A stretch of DNA of 64,000 nucleotides from Candidatus Melainabacteria bacterium 17Bon1m (GTDB lineage Bacteria > Cyanobacteriota > Vampirovibrionia > Obscuribacterales > Obscuribacteraceae). Location of the stretch: positions 800,001 to 864,000 of the forward strand of contig JAVLKG010000002.1 of NCBI GenBank assembly GCA_032128875.1. The letters run 5' to 3'. Under the pieces are notes generated by a model. The model worked only from the letters and a program-made list of their open reading frames with translations, was not told the origin of the DNA and did not search any database. Shown piece after piece: positions 10,254 to 19,010 of this stretch (within the stretch, counting starts at the first letter, position 1; every line of letters starts with the position of its first letter). The translations under genes were made by a program, and so were the position numbers.

Positions 10254-10450
10254 GAAAACTAGGTCCCAGCTTCTTGCAGCTTTGTGACCATTTTAACTTT
10301 TCCTGCCCGAGCCTGCTAACAAGTTCAAGACCATGGTTGTGTACCAGGTGACATTGCAACATGCATGTCGCTACATCGATGGACTTTCCCAAATATCCAC
10401 CGACAAAGTTGGGATTGTTGGGACGAACTTTTTGCGATCTTGAAAAGTAT

Positions 10451-10522
10451 TGGGCGGTAAGAGACTCGAACTCCTAACCCCCTCGGTGTAAACGAGGTGC
10501 TCCACCATTGAGCTAACCGCCC
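10451..10522 (-). tRNA. tRNA-Val(TAC)
   Basis: Reverse complement GGGCGGTTAGCTCAATGGTGGAGCACCTCGTTTACACCGAGGGGGTTAGGAGTTCGAGTCTCTTACCGCCCA folds as a cloverleaf; anticodon TAC; CCA not encoded. Confidence 0.97.
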
Positions 10523-10729
10523 TTGCGCTGGTAGTTTAGCACGACGGCTTTATCAAGAGCCCTGCTGGGCGCCCCTTGTTGCAACGAATGAAGAAAATTT
10601 GCCGATTTTGCCCGTTTTTCAGGCTCAGCATCGGTTTACAGTTCTTTCAAATGTTCCAGGGTTTTTCCTGTTTACAACCCTCCGTCAGATTCGGACAATT
10701 GGGTTTCTGATTTTGCCGGTCGTTAAAAC

Positions 10730-11206
10730 ATGAACAAATCCGCCCTATCGGTTCTGCTGTCGGTTGTCTATTTCCTTATTGCAACGATTGCTGTGCTTCA
10801 GTTCCATCCAGCGAACTGGATTGTGTGCATCTTCAAGCCGGTCCTCTTTCTTGCTTGCTTTGCAATAACGTTGTTCGGGCTTTGTGCTTTTATCCATCCC
10901 GAATCAAAGAATGTTAGTGGCTCGCCGTATCTCAGTCCTCGCACCTCCAAATCTGTCAGGTTAGTAGGTTATTTGCTGACTCTGCCGATGATTCTGTATG
11001 GAATCTGTGGGGAAGTATTCGCCGCCCCGGTGAGTACTTCCGCTGCCTGGTGCAACACCGTGTTTGCCTATGCAGATTTGAAAACAAAACTGGAAGGCAT
11101 GGGAGAGAACCAAAAGTATCTACGTCGAGTTTCTCGCGCGCTCGTTAAAGCGGGAGCAAAGTTTGGACCTGGAAGCAAATCTAAATGGGCAACTGAAGAC
11201 AACTAG
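10730..11206 (+). CDS. Membrane hypothetical protein, short paralog of the next gene
   Basis: Three TM helices; ATIAVLQFHP.N and LLTLP.I.Y...GE motifs shared with 11274-12665. Confidence 0.6.
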   Translation: MNKSALSVLLSVVYFLIATIAVLQFHPANWIVCIFKPVLFLACFAITLFGLCAFIHPESKNVSGSPYLSPRTSKSVRLVGYLLTLPMILYGICGEVFAAPVSTSAAWCNTVFAYADLKTKLEGMGENQKYLRRVSRALVKAGAKFGPGSKSKWATEDN

Positions 11207-11273
11207 TTAGGCGCACTATTTAGTCTAAGTCTTCTGTTCGCTCTTTCGTTTATAGCCTCGCTCATGGTGGCTG

Positions 11274-12665
11274 ATGATTGATATAAACTCAATTGCTAAG
11301 GGTGCGAAAATTCAACGCCGGATCATTTGGTTTGGCAGTACTGAATTTTTGCTGGCGACGCTGGCTCTGTTTCAAATCCATCCGCAAAATCCATTGCATG
11401 ATGGAATCCGCATTCTTGCGATGTTTATTTTTGGATTTACTTCGTCTTTTGGATATCGACTGCTTTTAACCAAAGGCGCCATCAACGAAAACTCAAACGT
11501 CCCTGTGCTGCAATCGCCTACGCGCGAACTCTTGCGAATTGGAGTTTCGCTAATTACGCTGCCGGCGATTATTTATGTAGGCTGGGGCGAATTTCTTGTC
11601 GCGATGGATTCGCAATTTTGCAAATCATACGTGAACAAAGTCATTGAGTACTCTGGATACAAACGTCAGTTTGAGGGTGAAAAAGCTGCTGATGCATTTG
11701 TGTTGCGAGCGGCGCAAGCAGAAGGTCGGCGCGCAGAACACTTTGAATTGACACATCAGCGTTCGATCCCGAATTACGAAACGTATGTAGAACTAATGAG
11801 GCGCTATACAAAGAATCCAAATTTTGGATTAGGTGTGATTGCCAGAATTTACGACAAATATGGTGACACACAGAAAGCTGAAAATCTCTATTCCGAGAAC
11901 CACTACCGGTATCACGTTTCAACACCGCAAACACCATCTGAATTTGCACTTCTTGAAGCACGCTTGCTCGATGTTTTGAGATACATACCTGAGAAAGAGG
12001 CGATGCAGAAGGTTTGGTGGATGCCGAAAGTAATCGTTGACAAAAATGCATCTGCGCTAAAACTCGGCCAAACGTGGCTGTCTTTCGACTTCCGCTCGAA
12101 CATCTATGATCTGAGGGGGGTGGATCGTCCGATTGGATTCGAAGAGAATCGTGATTTTCCAATTATGAGTAAAGAAGATGTGGAATGGTTGCTTGCCACC
12201 ATTGGAAAGGAGGGTGTAGCGAAGAATCTTCCGAGCCTTTTGCCATTGTGTCCCGAATGGAAAACGTCGGACTATGTGTTCGAATACGGTGTGATACCAC
12301 CGATTGCTTTTGACGCTCAACGACTTCCTGATGTTTTTTTGAACAGGAATAAGGAGAATAAGGCACCACTATCGTGGCGTGTTCCTCAATCGTTGGCTGC
12401 AAGTTTGCCGCATGAAGAAGTGATTATGCCGAGTAGTGAATGTAAAAGGCTTTTTGCGCTCGCTGGAGATCCTGATGGATTCCAGCAAAGAATCGATGAA
12501 GGTCATATCTACTTTCTTGACCGCCCGATTACATATGAAGAAGCGAAGTTATCCGAGCGTGCGTACTATAAAAAGGTAATTCGTTTGAGTTCGAATGACT
12601 CACTTGCGAATTCGAATGGAGCGCGTGCGATTTCAAAAGAGACTGGTGCGAATTCGACGAAGTGA
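11274..12665 (+). CDS. Membrane hypothetical protein with large soluble C-terminal domain
   Basis: 463-aa ORF; three N-terminal TMs and one TPR-like segment. Confidence 0.7.
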   Translation: MIDINSIAKGAKIQRRIIWFGSTEFLLATLALFQIHPQNPLHDGIRILAMFIFGFTSSFGYRLLLTKGAINENSNVPVLQSPTRELLRIGVSLITLPAIIYVGWGEFLVAMDSQFCKSYVNKVIEYSGYKRQFEGEKAADAFVLRAAQAEGRRAEHFELTHQRSIPNYETYVELMRRYTKNPNFGLGVIARIYDKYGDTQKAENLYSENHYRYHVSTPQTPSEFALLEARLLDVLRYIPEKEAMQKVWWMPKVIVDKNASALKLGQTWLSFDFRSNIYDLRGVDRPIGFEENRDFPIMSKEDVEWLLATIGKEGVAKNLPSLLPLCPEWKTSDYVFEYGVIPPIAFDAQRLPDVFLNRNKENKAPLSWRVPQSLAASLPHEEVIMPSSECKRLFALAGDPDGFQQRIDEGHIYFLDRPITYEEAKLSERAYYKKVIRLSSNDSLANSNGARAISKETGANSTK

Positions 12666-12918
12666 ATTGAATCTATGCGCGAATTCTGCTGCGCGTCATA
12701 CATATAAATAGATGCCTCTGTAGTGAATTCGTGTTGTCAAGCAGTGGTTTAATGCGGCTTCGGATAAAAACTCTTGTTTTCCGGGCACATTAGTAGGGCG
12801 GGACCTTATGTCCGGTTTCTAAAAACCCATCGTCATCGTGCTCGACGCGCGGGGATATGGTATCGGCTCACGCACATCTAGGGGGGCTTCTAGTTCGCTG
12901 GAAGCAAAGGTAAACAAT

Positions 12919-13929
12919 ATGGCTAACGAGACATTTGACTACGATGATTTCGAATTGAGCACGAACGGCGAAGCGAGTTCTGGAGGCACAGCCACTATGA
13001 CTGCCGATCCTGATCAAGATCTTGATTTGGAAACCAGCTCCGATGAAGTCGGAACTGCGCTTTCCATGCTAATTAGAGAATCAACGGAAGCCGCACAGCA
13101 AGCTCAAGCGCAAGCTGAAGCACAGGCTGCGGCAACATATGAAGAATCGGCCGACGCGAATTATGACGAGCCCGAGTTCGATACTCTGGGCACCGAAGCA
13201 ATTAATTATGGTACTTCTGCGGCAGAAGAAATGGAGCAGACTCCGGAAGTGACTCCTGGATATCCGCCAGCAGAAGGCATGTACATGTCTAATAACATCG
13301 CAGCGCTTATGACACCCGAACCGGTTGCACAAGCTCCTGTGGTTCCTCAAATAGCTCCAGCACCGGCTCTTGCACCAGTTGCAAGTGCTCCGGCACCGGC
13401 GCCTGTTCCGACCCCAACACCCACACCCACAGTTCAACCCGCTCCCTCTCCCGTTCTTGCACAAGCAGCTCCTACTCCCGCTGCAATCTCGCCCTCTCCT
13501 TCCCCTGCACCTGCACCGGCACCTACCCCAGCACCAGCTTTGGCGCCGGCTCCGACTCCAGCTCCAGCACCGGTTGCTGCAGCTCCAGCTCCAGCACCCA
13601 CGGTCACCCCAGCACCCACCCCAACACCGGTCAGGAATATGCAAACACTAGAACACATGCAGACAGCAGCCCAAGCTAATCACCTTTATAAAGCGAGTGA
13701 ATTCATTCGCAACTGGGTGTTGGCAAATCCCGATGATGACCAGGTGTTGCAAGCGGGCTTCAATTGGGTCCAAAAGCATGAAGGATCAGAGCACATAGGC
13801 TCAGCCATCAAAGGTTTGCTCGAGGTTGGATATAACCAACCAGTGTTCACACTCATTACCGTTCGTTGGTTGACAGACTACTCTGAGCACAATCTCGCTC
13901 CTCAAATTGTTCAGTTATTGAGTCTCTAA
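12919..13929 (+). CDS. Acidic, Pro/Ala-rich hypothetical protein
   Basis: ATG 12919 after AAGG; acidic N-terminus, ~100-aa PAPAP/PTP linker, helical C-terminal domain. Confidence 0.75.
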   Translation: MANETFDYDDFELSTNGEASSGGTATMTADPDQDLDLETSSDEVGTALSMLIRESTEAAQQAQAQAEAQAAATYEESADANYDEPEFDTLGTEAINYGTSAAEEMEQTPEVTPGYPPAEGMYMSNNIAALMTPEPVAQAPVVPQIAPAPALAPVASAPAPAPVPTPTPTPTVQPAPSPVLAQAAPTPAAISPSPSPAPAPAPTPAPALAPAPTPAPAPVAAAPAPAPTVTPAPTPTPVRNMQTLEHMQTAAQANHLYKASEFIRNWVLANPDDDQVLQAGFNWVQKHEGSEHIGSAIKGLLEVGYNQPVFTLITVRWLTDYSEHNLAPQIVQLLSL

Positions 13930-13949
13930 GCTCTCTTCTGATTAAACTT

Positions 13950-13987
13950 AAACGACGACGTCCCCTTACCTTGACGTCGTCGTTTTT
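13950..13987 (+). terminator. Intrinsic terminator
   Basis: AAACGACGACGTC...GACGTCGTCGTTT stem ending in a T run. Confidence 0.7.
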
Positions 13988-14007
13988 GCATGGCAAGATT
14001 TTAGTAG

Positions 14008-14022
14008 TGAAAACGGTTTTCA
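14008..14022. promoter_or_regulatory. Fur/Zur-type 7-1-7 operator
   Basis: Perfect TGAAAAC-G-GTTTTCA upstream of tonB-C and the Fur-family gene. Confidence 0.7.
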
Positions 14023-14172
14023 TTTGCCCACACGGGTGGCGAAAACTGTAATTTGTTGCCTGGCTTGGGTTTGCTGGCATTTTTTTGCTTGCTCACCCAC
14101 CCGATTTAGAAGGTTAATGGTTAACCATTTACCTTCCAGTCAAGGGGTTCGATTGAACGGGAGAGTTGCAAG

Positions 14173-14572
14173 TATGTCTTTTCGATATATAAAGGCTATC
14201 TCTTTGATGTCCGCGGTATGTCTTTTGGTGTTTGCTTCGCTTTCTACTGTTCGCCCTGTTTTGGCATCTCAACTTTTCAAGATCGGCACTTCTGAAGTTG
14301 CGATATACGCAGACGCGCTTGCAGTCGAGTGTCCGCAACCGGAAATTCCGCCCAGCCTCCATGAAGAGTGCTACAAATCCTGCTGCCTGGCTCGTTTTTG
14401 TATCAATCATGAAGGCAAACACGAAGTCTCACTCATCTCATCGTCAGGCTCTGACGAGGTCGACGAAATCGCGCTCTCAACTTTGCGCCGCTGGAAGTTC
14501 AAGCCTGCTATGCTAAATGGCAAGCCAGTTCAGTCGGTGAGAAAGATAAGAGTCGAGTTCGAGGTTGAATGA
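14173..14572 (+). CDS. TonB C-terminal domain protein
   Basis: N-terminal hydrophobic helix; SSG..EVD..AL..LRRWKFKPA..NGKPV motif. Start uncertain (ORF track starts at 14024). Confidence 0.8.
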
Positions 14573-15027
14573 ACGTTCAAAGTTCGCACGGGCATAGTCA
14601 TAACAAAGGTGCGCAAAGTCTGAGGCTAACAAAGGGAGCGAAGAAGGTTCTCGAGGTTCTAGAACGCACAGACGAATTAAGCAGTGCGCAAGATATCCAC
14701 AGCGCCTTGCGTAATGAAGAAGACAGCCCGCCTGGATTGACGACGGTTTATAGATCTCTTGAATCACTCGTACAACTGGGACTGGTTCAGTCTGTCGATT
14801 TTGGTGACGGCGAACGTCGATATGAGATGGTAAAACCAGGGGAGCATCATCATCACCTGGTTTGCGAGAAATGCCGCAACAGTGTGCACCTTGATCAGTG
14901 TCTTGTTCAGCAACTGGAAGAGTCTATTCAAGCCAAATACAAGTTCGAAGTTCGCGGTCATATCTTGGAGATCTTCGGACTTTGTGAACAGTGTCAGCAG
15001 GCGATGGCTCCTGCCGGCAAGAAATAG
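14569..15027 (+). CDS. Fur-family metalloregulator (Zur-like)
   Basis: GLTTVYRSL, HHHHLVCEKC and GLCEQC motifs; His-rich N-terminus. Confidence 0.92.
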   Translation: MNVQSSHGHSHNKGAQSLRLTKGAKKVLEVLERTDELSSAQDIHSALRNEEDSPPGLTTVYRSLESLVQLGLVQSVDFGDGERRYEMVKPGEHHHHLVCEKCRNSVHLDQCLVQQLEESIQAKYKFEVRGHILEIFGLCEQCQQAMAPAGKK

Positions 15028-15052
15028 AAGGGCTCTGAAATTTATAGAAGCT

Positions 15053-15079
15053 AAGCCTGCCAAGTTGGCAGGCTTTCTT
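15053..15079 (+). terminator. Intrinsic terminator
   Basis: AAGCCTGCCAA-G-TTGGCAGGCTT followed by TCTT. Confidence 0.7.
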
Positions 15080-15098
15080 ATAGCTGTCTAATCAAAAA

Positions 15099-15113
15099 TG
15101 AAAACGATTTCCA
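15099..15113. promoter_or_regulatory. Fur/Zur-type 7-1-7 operator
   Basis: TGAAAAC-G-ATTTCCA upstream of the TonB-dependent receptor. Confidence 0.65.
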
Positions 15114-15249
15114 TTTACAAAATCGGTCAGGTATCGTTCAATGTATTCAGTGCAAAAGCCGCCGGAAGTATTCGCTGCTTTTAGCTTTGCGCTGTCCACA
15201 ACCGCGGCACCCTCCGTTCTACTCCCGGTAACCCAGAAAGGATGCAGTC

Positions 15250-17991
15250 ATGTCTGCATTTCTCGTTTTTGCGCGCACCTCTGCCCTCACGCTCGTTGCG
15301 CTTAGCACGATAAGCTTTCCTGCTTACGCTCAGGCAGACGCGCCGGTATTGCGCGACACTCCGATTCCGCCTCCTGCGACCCAAGCGCCAGCTGCATCGC
15401 CGACGGTCACTCCAGCTGCATCGCGGGCTGACGCTCCGGCTGAGGCACCTGCGAAATCAACACAGTCTGCACCATCTTCTAAGTCTTCATCTATTGCTCC
15501 TGAAGTAATTGTCGAACCTCCGGCGAAAGGCAAGAGCACCATATACGGTGTGGTCAAAGATGACGCGACACGCAAGCCTCTTGGAAAAGTGCGCATTGTT
15601 TTGGCAGGCAAAGACGAAGAACACAAACGCCACCATTTAGAAACCGGCCCCGATGGCACCTATTCATTTAGAGACATAGATCCAGGCAGCTGGACTCTCA
15701 CCTTTTCGCACAATGAAATGTTGTCGCACACCGAAGAGATAACGATTGCGGCTGATCAATCTAAAGGCGTCAACATTGTTCTTGAAGATTTAGAGCCCGT
15801 TGACGTTATGCGTGTCACCGGCAAACGTACACTTATCCATCCGGAGAAAATCGGCAGTTCCACAACCATTCCCCGCCGAGTACTGGAAGAGTATCGCTCC
15901 GGCAATGATTTGCGCCAATTGGTCGAGAGCACACCAGGCGTCATTGCAGACACTTACGGCAATATAATCACGCGCGGTGAACACAATTCGATCAACTACG
16001 AATTAGATGGCGTTGTGCTTCCGGAAGCCGCTGGAGTTCTCCAGCAATCGCAACCCGCGACGCCACGCTCTCTGCAGTCCATGCAAGTTGACATTGGTGG
16101 CTACGAAGCACATGACGGCGGTGGACCGCTCGGCGCTATCGTCCGCATGAAGTCGAGAAATATCGAAGCAAAGCCGAAATTATTGGTTGGTGGTCAAATT
16201 GGCGGACCAATGGCCGGCAATGTCTACTACGACACTACAGGAGCATTCAGTGCCGATCCTCGCAGTAAGTTGCATCGTCTGCGCTGGGAATCGTCCGGTC
16301 AATTCATTGGCACGTCTTATCGTTTGGTTCCATATACAAAACAGTATTCGTTTAACCAGGGTATGGACATCAATACGCTCTCGAAGCTTGAGTACAAGCC
16401 AAACGAGCGAGATACCTTCCGTTTGACTGCGGGGATCAACCAGAGTTTTATGCGCGTTCCGCTGCCTCAAACTTCTGCTTCGCTCGGCGTGAAACAGAAG
16501 CAAACGGACATGCAAAACTTCATTATTGCTGCGTGGCGCCGCACTGGCCGTCGTTTTTACGATGAAGCCAATATTGCATTGACTAACGCTTTTTACAGAG
16601 AGACATTTGCAAGTCGCGGGCTCGCTTTCGATCCTCTGCCGGTTGTTAATGGTGAGGAGCCGGCAATCAACAGCGTTCAGCCTACCGCAAAGCGATTTAA
16701 CTATGTTTTCTCCGCGCAAGGAAATCTCAAAAAGGCGGTAAAAACTCATCATCTTGAAACCGGTTTTTACTCGGAAATTCGTCCTGTGCAAACAAGCTAC
16801 GGAGCGATTTATAGAAACGCTAATCTGCTCGCTTCAGCCCAATCGGATGGCGCTTTGCCTTATGGCGCGGTCATCAATCCATTTACTTTCGAGGTTGGCG
16901 GGCCCAATATTACCGGCGGTATCACGAAGTTTAACGGCTTTCGTTATCTTCAAAGCGGTTGGTTCCAAGATGCGTGGAAGCCGAAAGAAGGTTTTCTCAA
17001 GCGACTAACAGTCAACGCTGGCGTTCGTGCCGATGTTTATCATGGAGTTTTCGGCAACACAATGAAAGTTGCTGAGACCATGCTGACTGTCCCTGGTGTC
17101 GAACCGTTCGACTTAAACCCATTCAAAAGACAAACAGTGACTGATGCTCAGGCGAGTGGACGATTTGGCGCATCATTTGTAATAACACCAAATGCGGTGC
17201 TGAGAGGTTCATTCTCTAACATCTTCACGCCTCCTCCCGTAGATGTTTTCGTCACTGCTCCGATCATCGCTGATGGACAAACCAATGGCATCTACAACGG
17301 TACAATCCGCCCGCTGAGAGCGACGCGCGGAAATCTGGTCGACGTCAGTTTGGAAAACCAATTTGGACCAAGACTTGTCACCAGAACTAACCTGTATTAC
17401 AAGAAACTGAACAACTTCGGTGATTCAGGCGTCATTCAGAACACGCCGCTATACAACCGTCTTCAACTTTCTGCGCAAGAATCATACGGCGTGGAATCTA
17501 GGCTGGAACTCAAGCCCGCCCGTGACGGATATGGCTTCAACGGCTTTGTGTCGAGCACAGTTCAAGTCGCTTACTTGCGAGGAAGCGGCGCTGTGACGGG
17601 TGGAATTTATGAATTCGAGGAAGGTCCGCGCGCCAAATATCCCGACCATGACCGGCGTTATTCATTGACGGCAGCATATGGCTATCGCTCAAAGCGCGGC
17701 TGGTGGGTGCTTGCGGACGTGCAAACACTTTCGGGTCTGCCCAATCGCCTTGACCCTGAATTGTTCGGTCCGCAACCGAAACGCACACCTCGCATCACTC
17801 TTCTGGGTTTGAGCACGGGCTATAACACGCCAAAATCAGTGCGCGTTAATCGTTTAATCCCTTCTAGTTTTGACGTTAGAATCGACAACATCCTTAATGA
17901 ACGCAAGCCGACAAACCTCGGTAGTCCATTCCAGGGAACGCGCTTCCTGCTACCGTTTCGGCTACTTTGCGGTGCAAACTGGCAGGTCTGA
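15250..17991 (+). CDS. TonB-dependent receptor with N-terminal carboxypeptidase-regulatory-like domain
   Basis: Signal peptide; G.V.D..T.KPL...GTYSF...PG.W domain; plug (TPGV...RG...N..LDGV..GGY.A); beta-barrel motifs (VNAGVRAD, YGVE, DNILN). Confidence 0.85.
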   Translation: MSAFLVFARTSALTLVALSTISFPAYAQADAPVLRDTPIPPPATQAPAASPTVTPAASRADAPAEAPAKSTQSAPSSKSSSIAPEVIVEPPAKGKSTIYGVVKDDATRKPLGKVRIVLAGKDEEHKRHHLETGPDGTYSFRDIDPGSWTLTFSHNEMLSHTEEITIAADQSKGVNIVLEDLEPVDVMRVTGKRTLIHPEKIGSSTTIPRRVLEEYRSGNDLRQLVESTPGVIADTYGNIITRGEHNSINYELDGVVLPEAAGVLQQSQPATPRSLQSMQVDIGGYEAHDGGGPLGAIVRMKSRNIEAKPKLLVGGQIGGPMAGNVYYDTTGAFSADPRSKLHRLRWESSGQFIGTSYRLVPYTKQYSFNQGMDINTLSKLEYKPNERDTFRLTAGINQSFMRVPLPQTSASLGVKQKQTDMQNFIIAAWRRTGRRFYDEANIALTNAFYRETFASRGLAFDPLPVVNGEEPAINSVQPTAKRFNYVFSAQGNLKKAVKTHHLETGFYSEIRPVQTSYGAIYRNANLLASAQSDGALPYGAVINPFTFEVGGPNITGGITKFNGFRYLQSGWFQDAWKPKEGFLKRLTVNAGVRADVYHGVFGNTMKVAETMLTVPGVEPFDLNPFKRQTVTDAQASGRFGASFVITPNAVLRGSFSNIFTPPPVDVFVTAPIIADGQTNGIYNGTIRPLRATRGNLVDVSLENQFGPRLVTRTNLYYKKLNNFGDSGVIQNTPLYNRLQLSAQESYGVESRLELKPARDGYGFNGFVSSTVQVAYLRGSGAVTGGIYEFEEGPRAKYPDHDRRYSLTAAYGYRSKRGWWVLADVQTLSGLPNRLDPELFGPQPKRTPRITLLGLSTGYNTPKSVRVNRLIPSSFDVRIDNILNERKPTNLGSPFQGTRFLLPFRLLCGANWQV

Positions 17992-18019
17992 AAACCTGAT
18001 GATAAGATAGAAATACAAA

Positions 18020-18034
18020 TGAATATCGTTTTCA
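18020..18034. promoter_or_regulatory. Fur/Zur-type 7-1-7 operator
   Basis: TGAATAT-C-GTTTTCA (reverse complement TGAAAAC-G-ATATTCA) upstream of the MerC-like gene. Confidence 0.65.
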
Positions 18035-18132
18035 TCTGGCAGAATGCAGAAGTAACAGGTGTTTTGAGCTGCGGGTAATCTGAAATCTCTGATCCGGCAC
18101 AGCGCGAAAAGTCAGCCCTGGAGGGTAAAGAG

Positions 18133-18852
18133 TTGGTTGTGGAAGTCCACTCCAGCGCAGACTGCTGTGGTGGGCACACGCACGAGCAAAAGCGGGACTC
18201 GAAGAACGAAATTATGCAGGAGCCAAAGATGGAAGCTGTGAACCAAACCAAGTCATCCGGATGTTGCGGCGAGAAGGGGCAGAAGCACAGCCACGGGCAT
18301 AATCACAGTCAAGGTCTTAATCACAGTCATGGACACGGCCCTGAAAACGGACGCAACGGTGGCGAACGCAAAGCGCCTGCCGGCGGTACGAGCGTATTTT
18401 CTACAGTCTTGGGTGATGAAGTGGTCGTCACCGCCGAAGAGAGCAAGGCGCACCAGGAGCATCATAAGCGAGTACAGACCACGCTTCTTTTGGACAATCT
18501 TGGCATTTTTGCCTCGACTTTATGCCTCATCCACTGCATGGCGATGCCGTTCTTGATTGCCTTTCTTCCCTTCTTGGGACTGCAGTTTCTCGAAGGAGAG
18601 CTAGCTCACCGCATTATCGCGTTGTTCGTCTTCGGCTTTGCGATCTTTGCTATCGGTCCTGGATACATGCAGCATCGTCGCAAGCAAGTTTTGGTCGCTA
18701 CGATTTTTGGTTTGAGTTTAGTCGCCGGTGCGCTTCTTGTTGCGGGTCCAATCTTTGGTGAGCAATACGAGCTGCCTTTCATCACTACAGGTAACTTGAT
18801 TTTGGTCGTTACACACTTGCGCAACAGGAAGCTTTGCCAATGTGTTCACTAG
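18133..18852 (+). CDS. MerC-domain membrane protein with His/Cys-rich N-terminal extension
   Basis: LD.LGI.AS.LCLIHC.A.P motif, four TMs, H..N..LC end; CCGGHTH and HSHGHNHS tracts. Start uncertain. Confidence 0.8.
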   Translation: MVVEVHSSADCCGGHTHEQKRDSKNEIMQEPKMEAVNQTKSSGCCGEKGQKHSHGHNHSQGLNHSHGHGPENGRNGGERKAPAGGTSVFSTVLGDEVVVTAEESKAHQEHHKRVQTTLLLDNLGIFASTLCLIHCMAMPFLIAFLPFLGLQFLEGELAHRIIALFVFGFAIFAIGPGYMQHRRKQVLVATIFGLSLVAGALLVAGPIFGEQYELPFITTGNLILVVTHLRNRKLCQCVH

Positions 18853-19010
18853 AATATTTGCTGACCAACAGTCACAGCCGTCCGATTTCTGTTGGCTTGT
18901 ACATTAGCGTTCCGCTGCTTTTGCGCAGTCTGGCTATTCGCTATTTCAATTAACTGGAATTTTCAATCAATAGGATATTTTCGCCGCTCGCCTGTCACCA
19001 CCAGTGGTGG

